From assembly GCA_965212075.1 (NCBI GenBank), contig OZ243043.1:713661-777660 (forward strand): a DNA stretch of 64,000 bases. Reading direction: 5' to 3'. A program made the position numbers and the translations under genes. Positions within the stretch are counted from its first letter, which is position 1, and the number at the start of each line of letters is the position of its first letter. Of the stretch, positions 37,555 through 49,045 are shown in pieces. Below the pieces are notes generated by a model. That model did no database searches and was not told the DNA's origin. It saw only the letters and a list, made by a program, of their open reading frames with translations. The DNA is from Alphaproteobacteria bacterium (lineage in GTDB: Bacteria; Pseudomonadota; Alphaproteobacteria; JAPOUT01; G958296285).

Positions 37555-39738
37555 ATGCGCGACATCGCCCGACAAAAATTGCTAGACGGCCTTAGCGACG
37601 AAGAACTTGACGCGATCACCGCCATTTTAGGGCGCGACCCCAGCCTCACCGAGATCGGCATTTTTTCGGCAATGTGGAGCGAGCATTGCTCTTACCGCTC
37701 CTCCAAGCCGTTTTTGAAAAAATTATTCTCGGAAGGCGAGCGCGTGATTGAAGGGCCGGGCGAAAATGCCGGCGCGGTGGATATTGGCGATGGCCTCGCG
37801 GCGGTTTTTAAGATGGAAAGCCACAATCACCCGTCTTTCATTGAGCCTTTTCAGGGCGCGGCAACCGGCATGGGCGGCATCATGCGCGACGTGTTCACGA
37901 TGGGCGCGCGTCCTGTGGCCTTTCTTGATGCGCTGCGCTTTGGCGCGCCTGATCATCCGAAGACGCGCCACCTTGTGGAAGGGGTGGTTGCGGGCATTGG
38001 CGCTTATGGCAATTGCGTCGGTGTGCCGACGGTTGGCGGCGAGTTGGATTTTGACCCCAGCTATAATGGCAATATTCTTGTCAATGCGATGTGCGTTGGC
38101 ATTGCGCGGCGCGATCAGATTTTTCGCTCGCGCGTGGAGACGGGCTGCAGCCTGATCTATGTTGGCGCGCGCACGGGTCGTGATGGCGTTCACGGCGCGA
38201 TGATGGCATCATCGTCGTTTGACGGCGACGAGGCCAGCCGCACAAGCGTTCAGATCGGTGATCCGTTCATGCAAAAGCTGCTGCTTGAGGCCTGTCTGGA
38301 AATGATGGAGACAGACGCGATCATCGGCCTGCAAGATATGGGCGCGGCAGGATTGACCTCCGCTGCAGTTGAGATGGCTGAAAAAAGCAGCGCGGGCGTC
38401 GCGCTCAACCTTGATCTCGTCCCCTGTCGCCAAGAAAATATGAGCGCTTATGAGATCATGCTGTCGGAAAGTCAGGAGCGCATGCTGATCGCGATCAGAC
38501 CTGAGGCTGAAGACAGATTGCGCGCCATTTGTGATAAATGGGATGTCGCCTGCATCACCATCGGCGAGGCCAATGACAGCCAAAGGCTTACCCTAACCCA
38601 TCAAGGCCGACAAGAAGCCGACATTCCGATCACCGGCTTGACCGCGGGCGCGCCGCAATTACAGCGCAAAGTCAAATCGCCTGCGCCGCTGCCGGAAGGT
38701 AAGGCGGAAATATTTCCGGCACAAAAGCTTGACGAGGCTTTGCTGCAACTGATCGGATCAGCTGACCTTTGCGCGCGCGACTGGATTTGGCAGCAATATG
38801 ACCATACCGTGATGGGCGATACGCTCGTCGGGCCGGGAACGGATGCCGCGCTCGTGCGTGTGCATGGCACACATAAAGCGCTCGCGCTGACGACAGAGGT
38901 GACACCGCGTTATTGCGCTGCCGATCCTTATGAAGGCGCCAAACAGGCGGTCGCGGAGAGTTTCCGCAACATCATCGCAACGGGCGCGCTTCCTCTCGCA
39001 CTGACCGACTGCCTTAATTTTGCCAGCCCCGAAAATGAGATCATCATGGGACAATTCGCCGCCGTGATTGACGGCCTCAGCGAGGCAGCGCGCGCGCTGG
39101 CCATGCCGATCGTCTCAGGCAATGTGTCGTTTTATAATGAAAGCGGCGGACAGGCCATCATGCCGACGCCCGCCATCGGCGCGCTCGGCCTCATTGAGGA
39201 TTATCAAAAAGCAATCTCCATCGCGGTGCCAACCGAAGGTCTCGTGATCGCACTGGTCGGAAACACCGCCGGCGCTATGGGGGCCACGCTCTATGCCAAA
39301 CATTTTTGTCCGGAGATTGTCAGCGCGCCGCCTGCGGTTGATCTGACCGCCGAGCGGCGCAACGGCCTGTTTGTGCGCGATGAGATTTTGAGCGGCATCG
39401 TGATCGCCGCGCATGATATTGGCTCGGGCGGCCTTGCGGTGGCGGCAGCTGAGATGGCGCTGGTGTCAAATATAGGGCTGAAGCTCGACGAAATAAACCC
39501 GCCTCATCCTGCGCATATTTTTTTCTTTGCCGAAGATCAGGCGCGCTTCTTGATCGCTTGCGCGCAGGAGGATTTCGCTGCCCTCGCCGCGCGCGCGCAA
39601 GAGGCAGAGGTTCCCTTAAAAAAGCTCGGCACAAGCGGCGGCCAGAATTTGATTTTTCCTGATACCCAAATCAAGCTAGATGTGCTATGCTCTCGGCATC
39701 AAAGCTTTCTGCCAAACTTGATGGCTCAAGATATATGA
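37555..39738 (+). CDS. purL: Phosphoribosylformylglycinamidine synthase subunit PurL
   Basis: The start was set at the ATG 1 nt after the purQ stop (MRDIARQK...). AIR-synthase-related duplicated domains. Confidence 0.9.
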   Translation: MRDIARQKLLDGLSDEELDAITAILGRDPSLTEIGIFSAMWSEHCSYRSSKPFLKKLFSEGERVIEGPGENAGAVDIGDGLAAVFKMESHNHPSFIEPFQGAATGMGGIMRDVFTMGARPVAFLDALRFGAPDHPKTRHLVEGVVAGIGAYGNCVGVPTVGGELDFDPSYNGNILVNAMCVGIARRDQIFRSRVETGCSLIYVGARTGRDGVHGAMMASSSFDGDEASRTSVQIGDPFMQKLLLEACLEMMETDAIIGLQDMGAAGLTSAAVEMAEKSSAGVALNLDLVPCRQENMSAYEIMLSESQERMLIAIRPEAEDRLRAICDKWDVACITIGEANDSQRLTLTHQGRQEADIPITGLTAGAPQLQRKVKSPAPLPEGKAEIFPAQKLDEALLQLIGSADLCARDWIWQQYDHTVMGDTLVGPGTDAALVRVHGTHKALALTTEVTPRYCAADPYEGAKQAVAESFRNIIATGALPLALTDCLNFASPENEIIMGQFAAVIDGLSEAARALAMPIVSGNVSFYNESGGQAIMPTPAIGALGLIEDYQKAISIAVPTEGLVIALVGNTAGAMGATLYAKHFCPEIVSAPPAVDLTAERRNGLFVRDEILSGIVIAAHDIGSGGLAVAAAEMALVSNIGLKLDEINPPHPAHIFFFAEDQARFLIACAQEDFAALAARAQEAEVPLKKLGTSGGQNLIFPDTQIKLDVLCSRHQSFLPNLMAQDI

Positions 39739-39751
39739 TCAGGAGATTCCC

Positions 39752-40096
39752 ATGACCGCCATTTTCTCAATGAAAGAAAATTTACAAAAGCTTGTGAAGA
39801 CAGAAGACGTCGTTTTGTTCATGAAAGGCACGCCAGAATTTCCGCAATGCGGCTTTTCATCGCAAGTCGTGCAGCTTCTATCGCATTTGGGCGTTTCTTT
39901 TACCGGCGTCAATGTTTTGGAGAATGATAATTTGCGGCAGGGCGTCAAAGATTTCAGCGACTGGCCAACCATTCCGCAGCTTTATGTCAAAGGCGAATTT
40001 GTCGGCGGCTGTGATATCGTCCGCGAAATGTTTGAAAATGGCGAGCTGCGGCCTCTGTTTGAAAAAAACGGCCTGCTCGAAAAAGCAGCTCACTAA
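39752..40096 (+). CDS. grxD: Grx4-family monothiol glutaredoxin
   Basis: CGFS active site. Confidence 0.9.
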   Translation: MTAIFSMKENLQKLVKTEDVVLFMKGTPEFPQCGFSSQVVQLLSHLGVSFTGVNVLENDNLRQGVKDFSDWPTIPQLYVKGEFVGGCDIVREMFENGELRPLFEKNGLLEKAAH

Positions 40097-40713
40097 TTTT
40101 TTGAGTAATACTCAACGATGAGATTAGGCTCCATCCGCACCGGATAGGGTGTTTCTTCAAAACTCGGCACAGATTTCAACGCAGCGATCATTTTCTTCGA
40201 ATCCAATTCAATATAATCGGGCAGATCGCGCTCCTCGCTGTTGAGCGAATCGAGCACGATAATCGAATCGTGCATTTTTTGCGCCAATGTGATTTTATCG
40301 CCGGGCTTCAAGCGCGCGCTGGGAATGTTGGTGCGCACATCATTGAGCAGAAAATGACCATGATTGATCATCTGCCGCGCCGCGAAGACCGTCGGCGCAA
40401 ATTTGGCGCGATAGACGATCGCGTCAAGGCGGCATTCCAAAAGCCCGATAAGATTTTCACCGGTATCGCCGCGCATCTGCTCGGCCTGCCGATAGGTGGA
40501 GCGAAATTGCTTCTCGGTGATGTTGCCGTAATAGCCTTTCAGCTTTTGCTTCGCGCGCAATTGAAGGCCAAAATCCGACAATTTGCCGCGCCGCCGCTGC
40601 CCCTGCTCGCCAGGGCCATAGCTGCGGCGATTGACCGGACTTTTGGGCCGCCCCCAGATATTTTCGCCCATCCGGCGATCTATTTTATATTTTGCGGTTT
40701 GACGCCGACCCAT
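40093..40713 (-). CDS. rpsD: 30S ribosomal protein S4
   Basis: [57 protein letters not shown]. Confidence 0.95.
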   Translation of the reverse strand: MGRRQTAKYKIDRRMGENIWGRPKSPVNRRSYGPGEQGQRRRGKLSDFGLQLRAKQKLKGYYGNITEKQFRSTYRQAEQMRGDTGENLIGLLECRLDAIVYRAKFAPTVFAARQMINHGHFLLNDVRTNIPSARLKPGDKITLAQKMHDSIIVLDSLNSEERDLPDYIELDSKKMIAALKSVPSFEETPYPVRMEPNLIVEYYSKN

Positions 40714-40768
40714 CTGAGTCCCTTTCAAAAACTGGAAAACAAACTATAAACATTTATCTTTTTTAATG

Positions 40769-41542
40769 TCAATTTTTATGCCCCTGATTTTTACGGACTT
40801 TCTGCCGCACAAGCGCTGCAATGATGCCACGCAGCGCGCGTACTTCGGCGGCAGAAAGGCGCGCGCGGTGAAAAATGTTGCGTATATTGCGCACCATGAT
40901 CGCGCGCTTGGCCGCAGGATGAAAAAAATCGACCGCCTCAAGTTCGGTCTCTAGGTGAGTCAACAGCCCGATCAGCTCGCTTTTTTTGGCCAAAACCGCG
41001 CGCGATGGCACAAAAGCCGCCCCCTCTTCCGCTTTAGGCTGCGCAGAAAACCAGTGAAACGCCAAAAGAAGCACCGCCTGCGCCAGATTGAGCGAAGAAA
41101 AAGCCGCATTGGCCGGAATGAAGACGATTCCATCACAAAGCGCGATGGTTGCATTGTCAAGCCCTGAGCGCTCCGGTCCCAAAACGATGCCAGAGGCCGG
41201 ATGGATCAAAATCTCGCTGATCGCCTGTTGAGGCAATAGCGCGTCTTTGTTCATATCACGCGGACGCGCCGTCGCCGCCACGAGATAATGCAAATCCGCG
41301 ACAGCTTCCTCAAATGTCGCATAGATGCGCGCGGCCTCAAGCACATCCACGCCGCCCGCAGATGCCGCCCGCGCCCTAGCGCGCGACCAGCCCGGACGCG
41401 GCGTGACCAGCCGCAAATCACATAGGCCAAAATTGGACATCGCCCGCGCCGTCATGCCGATATTCTCGCCGAGCTGCGTGCCGACCAGAATGATCGCGGG
41501 CGGTTGTTGGCGCGCGTGTTTTGGTGATTGATTTATCATCAT
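40769..41542 (-). CDS. TrmH/SpoU-family RNA 2'-O-methyltransferase
   Basis: SPOUT fold signature GENIGMTARAMSNFG...LVFGPERSGL. Confidence 0.8.
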   Translation of the reverse strand: MMINQSPKHARQQPPAIILVGTQLGENIGMTARAMSNFGLCDLRLVTPRPGWSRARARAASAGGVDVLEAARIYATFEEAVADLHYLVAATARPRDMNKDALLPQQAISEILIHPASGIVLGPERSGLDNATIALCDGIVFIPANAAFSSLNLAQAVLLLAFHWFSAQPKAEEGAAFVPSRAVLAKKSELIGLLTHLETELEAVDFFHPAAKRAIMVRNIRNIFHRARLSAAEVRALRGIIAALVRQKVRKNQGHKN

Positions 41543-41610
41543 CTCCCTTTTACAAGTTATTCGGAAAGGTTATAAGTAAAAGACTCAAAAATGTGTGAAA
41601 GCTGATTTTT

Positions 41611-42834
41611 ATGGCCAAAATTTTGGTGCAAAGTCCGGTCGTTGAGCTCGATGGCGATGAGATGACCCGTGTTATTTGGCAGATGATTAAGGACAAATTC
41701 ATCTCGCCATGGCTTGACATTGACTTGAAATATTATGATTTGGGCATTGCGCATCGCGATGAGACCGAAGACCAAGTCACCATTGACGCTGCGCAGGCGA
41801 TTAAAAAATATGGCGTCGGCGTCAAATGCGCAACGATCACGCCCGATGAAGCGCGCATTAAAGAGTTTGGCCTCAAACAAATGTGGCGTTCGCCCAACGG
41901 CACCATTCGCAACATTTTGGGCGGGACGGTGTTCCGCGAACCGATTGTCTGCCGCAACATTCCCCGCCTCGTGCCAAACTGGAAAAGCCCAATCGTCATC
42001 GCCCGCCACGCTTTCGGCGATCAATATCGCGCCACCGACATCCGCGTGCCCGGCAAAGGCAAACTGAAAATTATATGGGAATCGGAAGATGGAAAAGAAA
42101 AAATAGAAAAAGACGTGTTTGATTTCCCTAGCAGCGGCGTCGCGCTGGGAATGTTTAATTTGGATAAATCAATTCAAGATTTTGCGCGCGCCTGCTTTAA
42201 CTTCGGCCTCACGCGCAAATGGCCAGTCTATTTGTCAACCAAAAACACCATACTCAAAATATATGATGGACGCTTCAAAAACATCTTTGCCGAAATTTTT
42301 GAAAAAGAGTTTGAAAGCAAATTTCAGCAAGCAGGCATCACTTATGAACACCGCCTCATTGATGACATGGTCGCCGCCGCTCTGAAATGGAGCGGTCGTT
42401 TTGTTTGGGCATGCAAAAATTATGACGGCGATGTTCAATCAGACACAGTGGCGCAGGGTTTCGGCTCGCTGGGATTGATGACCAGCGTGTTGATGACCCC
42501 CGACGGCCAAACCGTTGAAGCCGAAGCCGCTCACGGCACCGTAACGCGGCATTATCGCCAGCATCAAAAGGGAGAAGCGACCTCAACCAATTCCATCGCA
42601 TCTATTTTCGCCTGGACTCGCGCTTTGGCCCATCGCGCGAAGCTGGACAATAATGCGCCGCTCAAAAACTTCGCGCTCAGCCTTGAGGCCGCCTGCATCC
42701 ACACCGTAGAGCGCGGCGCGATGACCAAAGATTTAGCGCTGCTCATCGGCAAAGAGCAGGATTGGCTCTCAACAGAACAATTCCTTGATAAAGTCGCCGA
42801 GAATTTTACTCAAGCGCTTAAAAAATCAACATAA
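41611..42834 (+). CDS. icd: NADP-dependent isocitrate dehydrogenase (eukaryotic-like ~405 aa type)
   Basis: GDEMTRVIW...[17 protein letters not shown]...DGDVQSD motifs. Confidence 0.95.
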   Translation: MAKILVQSPVVELDGDEMTRVIWQMIKDKFISPWLDIDLKYYDLGIAHRDETEDQVTIDAAQAIKKYGVGVKCATITPDEARIKEFGLKQMWRSPNGTIRNILGGTVFREPIVCRNIPRLVPNWKSPIVIARHAFGDQYRATDIRVPGKGKLKIIWESEDGKEKIEKDVFDFPSSGVALGMFNLDKSIQDFARACFNFGLTRKWPVYLSTKNTILKIYDGRFKNIFAEIFEKEFESKFQQAGITYEHRLIDDMVAAALKWSGRFVWACKNYDGDVQSDTVAQGFGSLGLMTSVLMTPDGQTVEAEAAHGTVTRHYRQHQKGEATSTNSIASIFAWTRALAHRAKLDNNAPLKNFALSLEAACIHTVERGAMTKDLALLIGKEQDWLSTEQFLDKVAENFTQALKKST

Positions 42835-42837
42835 AAA

Positions 42838-45519
42838 TCACGGCGCAATTTTTTGCAGATGGTCGCGGATCGCGTTGATCGCATCTTGCGCGCCATCGCC
42901 GTTAGGGCCGCCTGCCTGCGCAAAATCAGCACGGCCACCGCCGCCCGCGCCGCCCAGCTTCTGCGCGCCGATCTTAACCAATGCCACCGCATCATGAGCG
43001 GGCAAGAGGTCTTTGGTAATTCCGATCGTCATGCTGGCACGACCTTTATTCAGCGCCACCATAGCAACAATGCCCGAGCCAAGCCGCGCTTTGGCTTCAT
43101 CCACCATAGCGCGCACATCTTTGGGCGTCATATCCTTGACAATGCGCTGGATGAATTTAAGGCGGCCCAAAGTTTCAACATCTTTTTGTTCGCTTTGCTG
43201 CGCCTCCGCAGAGCCAGATGACGGTGCTAGCGCAAGCTGACGCTTCGCGGCACGTAATTCTTGCGCAAGCTGCTTGTTTTCCTCCATCAGCGCGGTTAGT
43301 TTTTGCTCGAGCTGCTCGGGCGCGGTTTTGAGGCGGGTGGCTGTCTGCGCGAGAAGCTGGTCGTGGCGGGTGAGATGTTCAAACGCGAGCGCGCCGGTCA
43401 GCGCGACCACGCGGCGAATGCCCGCACCGACCGCGCTCTGGCTGACCAGCTTGAACAAAGCAATATCACCCATGCGGCGGACATGGGTGCCGCCGCAAAA
43501 CTCCACCGAATAGGCCGTCCGCGCGCCGCTCTGGTCGGAAGGCGCGCCCATAAACAAAACTCGCACCTCATCATCATATTTCTCGCCAAACAGAGCCAGC
43601 GCGCCCGCCTCAATCGCCTGTTCGCGCTTCATCACGCGGGTGATCGCCGCCCCGTTATTCCTGATCTGCGCATTGACCAGAGCCTCAATTTGAGCAATCT
43701 CCTCCGCCGTCAGCGGCTTTGGGTGGGAGAAATCAAAGCGCAGATAATCCTCATTGACCAGCGAGCCCTTCTGCGTCACATGAGCGCCCAGCACACGGCG
43801 CAGCGCCTCATGCAGCAAATGGGTCGCGGAATGATTGGCGCGGACCTGTGTGCGGCGGCGGCCATCTATTTTGGCGCGGACATGATCCCCTTTGGCAAAC
43901 CGCCCCTTTTTGACAAGACCCAGATGAGCGTGCAGCACACCCGCCTGTTTTTGCGTCGTGCGGACATCAAACAGACAATTTTCAGCTTCAATGACGCCGC
44001 GATCGCCGACTTGCCCGCCGGATTCGGCATAGAAAGCGGTTTGATCGAGCAGCAAAATCACCTCATCGCCTTCAGCGACTTGCTCAACCGGAACGCCGTC
44101 TTTAATGATCGCGAGGATTTGGCCTTGATTGTCCTCTTCATCATAGCCGAGAAACTGGCTCGCGCCATGACGGTCAGCAAGAGTTAGCCAGACATCGTTC
44201 GTCGCCTCATCGCCGGAGCCCTTCCACGCTTGGCGCCCCTGCGCCTGCTGCGCGGCGAGCGCCTTGTCAAAGCCTTCCACATCAACCTCTTTATTGAGGC
44301 GGCGCAGCGCGTCTTGTGTGAGATCAAGCGGAAAGCCATAAGTATCATAAAGGCGAAATGCCGCTTCGCCCGAAAATTTTTGATCCCCGCTAATTTTGGC
44401 GCATTCTTTTTCCAGCAAATTCATGCCCCGATGCAGCATATCTTGAAAGCGCTCCTCTTCATCATGCAAAGTCTGTGTGATCAGCGCCGATGCGCGCGCA
44501 AGCTCGGGGTAAGCTGCGCCCATCTGCTCTTCAAGCGCGGGCACAAGCTGGTGCAAAATCAACTCCTGCGCGCCAAGTAAATGAATATGCCTCATCGCGC
44601 GGCGCAAAATGCGGCGCAGCACATAGCCGCGCCCCTCATTAGAGGGCTGAACATTATCGGCAATCAAAAAACACACCGCGCGCAAATGATCGGCAATCAC
44701 ACGAAAACTCTCTGGCGCTTTTTGCGATGAAATCCCCATGACTCCTTCAATCTGCGCGATCAAGTTCTTGAACAAATCAATCTGGTAGTTATCATGCGTC
44801 CCCTGCATCACCGCGGCAACGCGCTCAAGCCCCATGCCGGTATCAATGGCAGGGCTCGGCAACGGTCGCTGGCTGCCATCCGGCTGGCGCTCAAATTGCA
44901 TGAAAACAAGGTTCCAGATTTCAACAAAGCGGTCGCCATCTTGATCGGCACTGCCCGGCGGGCCTCCGGCGATTTTGTCGCCGTGGTCGTAAAAAATCTC
45001 CGAGCAGGGACCGCACGGGCCGGTCGCGCCCATAGACCAAAAATTATCCGCGCCCGCAATGCGCAATATCCTTTGCTCATTCAAACCCGAAATTTTTCGC
45101 CATAAATCAAAAGCCTCGTCATCTTCCGCAAAAATCGTGATTAGCAATTTTTCAGGCGGAATCTCCAATGTGCGAATGATAAAATTCCATGCATAATCAA
45201 TGGCTTGCTCTTTGAAATAATCGCCAAAAGAGAAATTACCCAACATCTCAAAAAAGGTGTGATGGCGGGCGGTATAGCCGACATTTTCAAGATCATTATG
45301 CTTGCCGCCTGCACGAAGACATTTTTGCGCGCTCGCGGCACGCGGCGATGATGGCTGGCGGCGCGCGGTGAATATATCTTTGAACGGCACCATGCCCGCA
45401 TTGGTGAACAGCAAAGTCGGGTCGTGCTCCGGCACAAGAGGCGCTGAGGGCACAATCAAATGATGATGCCGGTCAAAATAATTAAGAAAAAGGCTGCGTA
45501 TATCGTTCAGCGAAGTCAT
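42838..45519 (-). CDS. alaS: Alanine--tRNA ligase
   Basis: Start refined to MTSLNDIRSLFLNYF. Class II motifs, HxxxH...CGGTH editing-site signature. About 890 aa. Confidence 0.95.
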   Translation of the reverse strand: MTSLNDIRSLFLNYFDRHHHLIVPSAPLVPEHDPTLLFTNAGMVPFKDIFTARRQPSSPRAASAQKCLRAGGKHNDLENVGYTARHHTFFEMLGNFSFGDYFKEQAIDYAWNFIIRTLEIPPEKLLITIFAEDDEAFDLWRKISGLNEQRILRIAGADNFWSMGATGPCGPCSEIFYDHGDKIAGGPPGSADQDGDRFVEIWNLVFMQFERQPDGSQRPLPSPAIDTGMGLERVAAVMQGTHDNYQIDLFKNLIAQIEGVMGISSQKAPESFRVIADHLRAVCFLIADNVQPSNEGRGYVLRRILRRAMRHIHLLGAQELILHQLVPALEEQMGAAYPELARASALITQTLHDEEERFQDMLHRGMNLLEKECAKISGDQKFSGEAAFRLYDTYGFPLDLTQDALRRLNKEVDVEGFDKALAAQQAQGRQAWKGSGDEATNDVWLTLADRHGASQFLGYDEEDNQGQILAIIKDGVPVEQVAEGDEVILLLDQTAFYAESGGQVGDRGVIEAENCLFDVRTTQKQAGVLHAHLGLVKKGRFAKGDHVRAKIDGRRRTQVRANHSATHLLHEALRRVLGAHVTQKGSLVNEDYLRFDFSHPKPLTAEEIAQIEALVNAQIRNNGAAITRVMKREQAIEAGALALFGEKYDDEVRVLFMGAPSDQSGARTAYSVEFCGGTHVRRMGDIALFKLVSQSAVGAGIRRVVALTGALAFEHLTRHDQLLAQTATRLKTAPEQLEQKLTALMEENKQLAQELRAAKRQLALAPSSGSAEAQQSEQKDVETLGRLKFIQRIVKDMTPKDVRAMVDEAKARLGSGIVAMVALNKGRASMTIGITKDLLPAHDAVALVKIGAQKLGGAGGGGRADFAQAGGPNGDGAQDAINAIRDHLQKIAP

Positions 45520-45682
45520 GGAAGCAAGAATAGCCTGTTTATGCAGGCGAGACAATTTCCTTAAATCTTTTCTTGATTCTTTTTTGGCTCTTTTTTGGCT
45601 CGGGCCGCCGCGCATAACAAGCGCGACGGCCAGATCCCAACCTTTATCCTATGGCTTTATCCTATGATCTTATTCTGTGGCT

Positions 45683-46903
45683 TTATCCTGCGGCTTTTTT
45701 GGCTGTTTGAATATTCTTGATCTTTTTGTCGGCGACCACTCTATCCTCAGCGCCTTCAGGTGCTTCTTCAGAAGCCCGCTCTGCAACAGCTTCATCCTCC
45801 TTCTCCGGCAGAGTCGGACTAGCCGATTTTGGCGTTAATTTCTCACGAATTTGCGCCTCAAGATCGGCAGAAAGTTCAGGATGATCGTGCAGGAATTTAC
45901 GCGCGCTTTCCTTCCCCTGCCCGATTCTCTGGCCTTCTTCGCCGTCTGCGGCAGCAAAAGAATACCATGAGCCAGCTTTTTCAATCATGCCCTCACGCAC
46001 GCCGATGTCCAAAAGCTCGCCCATTTTAGAGATTCCTTCACCATACATAATGTCAAACTCCACGAAGCGGAATGGCGGCGCTACCTTATTTTTCACGATT
46101 TTGACGCGGGTTTGATTGCCAATCACCTCATCTTTCTCTTTGATCGCGCCGATGCGGCGAATGTCAAGCCGCACTGAGGAGTAAAATTTCAGCGCATTGC
46201 CGCCTGATGTGGTTTCAGGGCTTCCAAACATCACGCCGATTTTTATGCGGATTTGATTAATAAAAATCACGAGCGCATTTGAGCGCGCGATTGAACCTGT
46301 GAGCTTGCGCAAAGCCTGACTCATCAAGCGCGCCTGCATGCCGGGCAGCACATCGCCCATTTCGCCTTCAAGCTCGGCGCGCGGGGTTAAAGCGGCGACG
46401 GAGTCAATCACCACGACATCCACACTGCCCGATCGGACGAGCGTATCGGTGATTTCCAGAGCTTGTTCGCCGCAATCAGGCTGCGAAATCAGCAGATCTT
46501 TTGTTTTGATTCCCAACTTGCCTGAATAGATCGGATCAAGTGCGTGCTCGGCGTCAATAAAGGCGCAAACGAGGCCTGCTTTTTGAGCTTCGGCGATGAT
46601 GTGTAAAGCCAAAGTCGTCTTGCCGGAAGATTCTGGGCCGTAGATCTCAGCCACGCGTCCTTTAGGCAGGCCGCCAATGCCCAGCGCGAGATCAAGGCCG
46701 AGCGATCCGGTTGGAATGGCTTCAATGCCGGCGATATGGCCGGTTTCACCGAGCCGCATGACGGCACCTTTGCCGAAAGCGCGCTGGATTTGGCCTAATG
46801 CGGCATCAAGAGCTTTCTGGCGGTCGGAGCCGCCTTCTTGATTGTCCTCTTTTAAGACCTCCCCTTTTTGAGTGCCTTTAATATCAACGATTTTACGAGC
46901 CAT
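45683..46903 (-). CDS. recA: Recombinase RecA (with extended N- and C-terminal tails)
   Basis: GPESSGKTT Walker A. RecA signature [14 protein letters not shown]. Extra acidic C-terminal tail. Confidence 0.95.
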   Translation of the reverse strand: MARKIVDIKGTQKGEVLKEDNQEGGSDRQKALDAALGQIQRAFGKGAVMRLGETGHIAGIEAIPTGSLGLDLALGIGGLPKGRVAEIYGPESSGKTTLALHIIAEAQKAGLVCAFIDAEHALDPIYSGKLGIKTKDLLISQPDCGEQALEITDTLVRSGSVDVVVIDSVAALTPRAELEGEMGDVLPGMQARLMSQALRKLTGSIARSNALVIFINQIRIKIGVMFGSPETTSGGNALKFYSSVRLDIRRIGAIKEKDEVIGNQTRVKIVKNKVAPPFRFVEFDIMYGEGISKMGELLDIGVREGMIEKAGSWYSFAAADGEEGQRIGQGKESARKFLHDHPELSADLEAQIREKLTPKSASPTLPEKEDEAVAERASEEAPEGAEDRVVADKKIKNIQTAKKAAG

Positions 46904-46972
46904 GATTCTTCCCCTCTGTTGGAACCATATACCGAACGATATGATTCTTGTGGTTTATGTTGTAAAGATATT

Positions 46973-46987
46973 GTTCCTTTTTTGTTC
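46973..46987. promoter_or_regulatory. LexA (SOS) box GTTC-N7-GTTC upstream of recA
   Basis: GTTCCTTTTTTGTTC lies about 70 nt upstream of the recA start and matches the alphaproteobacterial SOS-box consensus GTTCN7GTTC. Confidence 0.55.
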
Positions 46988-47150
46988 TTATTGTCAAGAG
47001 AAAAATGACTTGTTTTCTACAAATGTTCCCTTTACATTCTTTCTATGCCCCTATTTTTTCTCTACACCTATGGGTTGTAGGTTAAAAAGCCAATACAACC
47101 AAAAATTGATTTTAAGGTTATTTTTTAGTTTTCTTAGCCAAAATTTGTTC

Positions 47151-48512
47151 TTAAGGAGACTTTATGGCAGCACGAACGGCCTCAACCAGCTCCTTCAGCC
47201 CGAAAGGTTTGGGCAGAAAGCGGGTATGCGCGATGCTGGCGGAGGGATTGCGAAACGCATCTTCGGCATAGCCGGAAATGAGGATGACTTTCAGCGCGGG
47301 GTTTTGCGCAGAGAGTTTTTTGGCGAGATTTATGCCATCCATGCCGGGCATGACGATATCGCTGACGAGGACGTCAATTTTGCCCTGTTGTTGCGCGTGA
47401 TGTTGCTGCGCGTGATGTTGTTGCGCGTGGTTTTGCTGCACTTCAAGGGCATCTTCGGCACAGGCGGCGCGCAAAACATGGAAGCCCTTATTTTCCAAAG
47501 CGCGGGCGGCAAAATCGCGGATTGTTGAATCATCTTCAACGAGCAGGATCGTCCCCTGATCTGGCTGGAAGGGCTTTTTTGCCGCTGGTCTCTTGGATGA
47601 TCCCTCAGATGATTTTGGGATCGGCGTTATTTTGTTTTTTGTTTCTTTCGGGCTTTCTTTGAGGCGTGGAAAATAGACGCGAAAAATTGTCTGGCCTTTG
47701 CGGCTTTCAGGAAATATAAAGCCGCCGCTCTGCTTCACGATGCCATAGACGGTTGATAGGCCCAGCCCGCTGCCTTGGGGCTTGGTGGAGAAAAAAGGCT
47801 CAAAGATATTGCCGAGAGCTTCAGAAGCGATCCCATGACCGCTATCCTCAATTTCAAACAGGACATAATCTGCTGTCGGCATCAAAATATGGTTGAGTTT
47901 GGCGATATTTTTCGCGGCGATATTTTTTATGCGCAGAGCAAGGATTCCGCCTTTGGGCATGGCATCGCGCGCATTGATGGCAAGATTAACGACAATCTGC
48001 TCAAATTGCGTCGGATCGGCGCTGACCATCCAGACGGGTTCTTTGATGTCCAGCTTCAGCTCAATCTGCGCGCCGAGCAGTCTCGTGATCAGATCGCATA
48101 TATTGCGCGTGGAAAGTGCGAGATCAAGCGGCACGGGCCGCAAGGTCTGGCGGCGCGAGAAGGCCAGCAATTGGCGAACAAGATCAGCGCCGCGTTCGGC
48201 ATGTTTGCGGATTTCTTGAATTTCTTTGAATTGGCCTGACGGCATCAAGTCGCAGGCGCCAATGATCGCGGTGAGCAAATTGTTGAAATCATGAGCGACA
48301 CCGCCTGCCAATTGACCCACAGCCTGCATTTTCTGCGCTTGTGCTGATTGTGTCTCAAGCCGCGCCATAGATATATCTGCCGCTTTCGCGGACTTTTTTT
48401 CCGGCAAAAATTTTGGATGCGCAGGCTTTTTCGCCTTAAGAGACTTTGTTTTGGGAGATTTGGATTTCGCGCGAGGTTTACTTTTGCTGATAGATTTTCT
48501 CCTCCCGCTCAT
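47151..48512 (-). CDS. Hybrid sensor histidine kinase / response regulator (HisKA, HATPase_c, REC)
   Basis: H-box VAHDFNNLL, N/G1/G2 boxes, C-terminal receiver domain with a conserved Asp (VLVSDIVMPGMDG). The lysine-rich N-terminus overlaps dksA, so the true start may be near 48368 (MARLE). Confidence 0.8.
   Translation of the reverse strand: MSGRRKSISKSKPRAKSKSPKTKSLKAKKPAHPKFLPEKKSAKAADISMARLETQSAQAQKMQAVGQLAGGVAHDFNNLLTAIIGACDLMPSGQFKEIQEIRKHAERGADLVRQLLAFSRRQTLRPVPLDLALSTRNICDLITRLLGAQIELKLDIKEPVWMVSADPTQFEQIVVNLAINARDAMPKGGILALRIKNIAAKNIAKLNHILMPTADYVLFEIEDSGHGIASEALGNIFEPFFSTKPQGSGLGLSTVYGIVKQSGGFIFPESRKGQTIFRVYFPRLKESPKETKNKITPIPKSSEGSSKRPAAKKPFQPDQGTILLVEDDSTIRDFAARALENKGFHVLRAACAEDALEVQQNHAQQHHAQQHHAQQQGKIDVLVSDIVMPGMDGINLAKKLSAQNPALKVILISGYAEDAFRNPSASIAHTRFLPKPFGLKELVEAVRAAIKSP
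47386..47441. repeat. Tandem 15-bp repeat (about 3.7 copies) encoding (QQHHA)n inside the histidine kinase linker
   Basis: tgttgYtgcgcgtga appears three times, followed by a partial copy. Confidence 0.8.
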
Positions 48513-48933
48513 GCATTTCCTGCGCCTCTACGCTGAGCGTTGCGATCGGGCGCGCGATCAGCCTTTTGATGCCGATGGGCTCGCCGGTTTTTTGACAATA
48601 GCCATAACTGCCGCTCTCAATGCGGCGCAGAGCTTCGTCAATTTTCGGGATCAGCTTGCGCTGGCGATCTCGCGTGCGCAGTTCAAGGGCGCGCTCAGAT
48701 TCGTGGCTCGCGCGATCGGCTATGTCGGGCAGATGTTTCTCGTCCGTTTGCAGATGTTCAATGGTTTCGGCGGTGCCGTGAAGAATCTCCGCGCGCCATT
48801 CTTCCAAGCTGCGCTTAAAATAAGCAAGCTGGCGCGCCGACAAAAATTCTTCATCTTCGTGCGGGATATAATCGTTTGGCAGATCAATCTCCTGCTTTTT
48901 GTTCAATTTTTTGATGAATTTACTCATAAACAT
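48478..48933 (-). CDS. dksA: DksA-family RNA-polymerase-binding transcription factor (Zn-finger cysteines largely absent)
   Basis: Coiled-coil with conserved acidic tip (DEADRASHESE). The C-terminal region YGYCQKTGEPIGIKRLIARPIATLSVEAQ retains only one of the four canonical Cys. Confidence 0.8.
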   Translation of the reverse strand: MFMSKFIKKLNKKQEIDLPNDYIPHEDEEFLSARQLAYFKRSLEEWRAEILHGTAETIEHLQTDEKHLPDIADRASHESERALELRTRDRQRKLIPKIDEALRRIESGSYGYCQKTGEPIGIKRLIARPIATLSVEAQEMHEREEKIYQQK

Positions 48934-49045
48934 GAGCTAATCCTCCACGGCGCATTCATGGTGTATTTATCAGGCAATATAGCCAAAGCGGGCAAAATTC
49001 TCAAATAACGGGAAAGGAGGCAAGTATTTGATAAAAAGCAATTTT

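Noticed and set aside
43303-44187. 294-aa plus-strand ORF inside alaS
   Set aside because: Antisense to a highly conserved aaRS gene. It is Arg/Ala-rich, which is typical of a GC-rich antisense frame.
46872-47528. 218-aa plus-strand ORF spanning the recA upstream region and the 3' end of the histidine kinase
   Set aside because: It is low-complexity, overlaps a well-supported kinase gene on the opposite strand, and contains the tandem repeat in a non-conserved frame.
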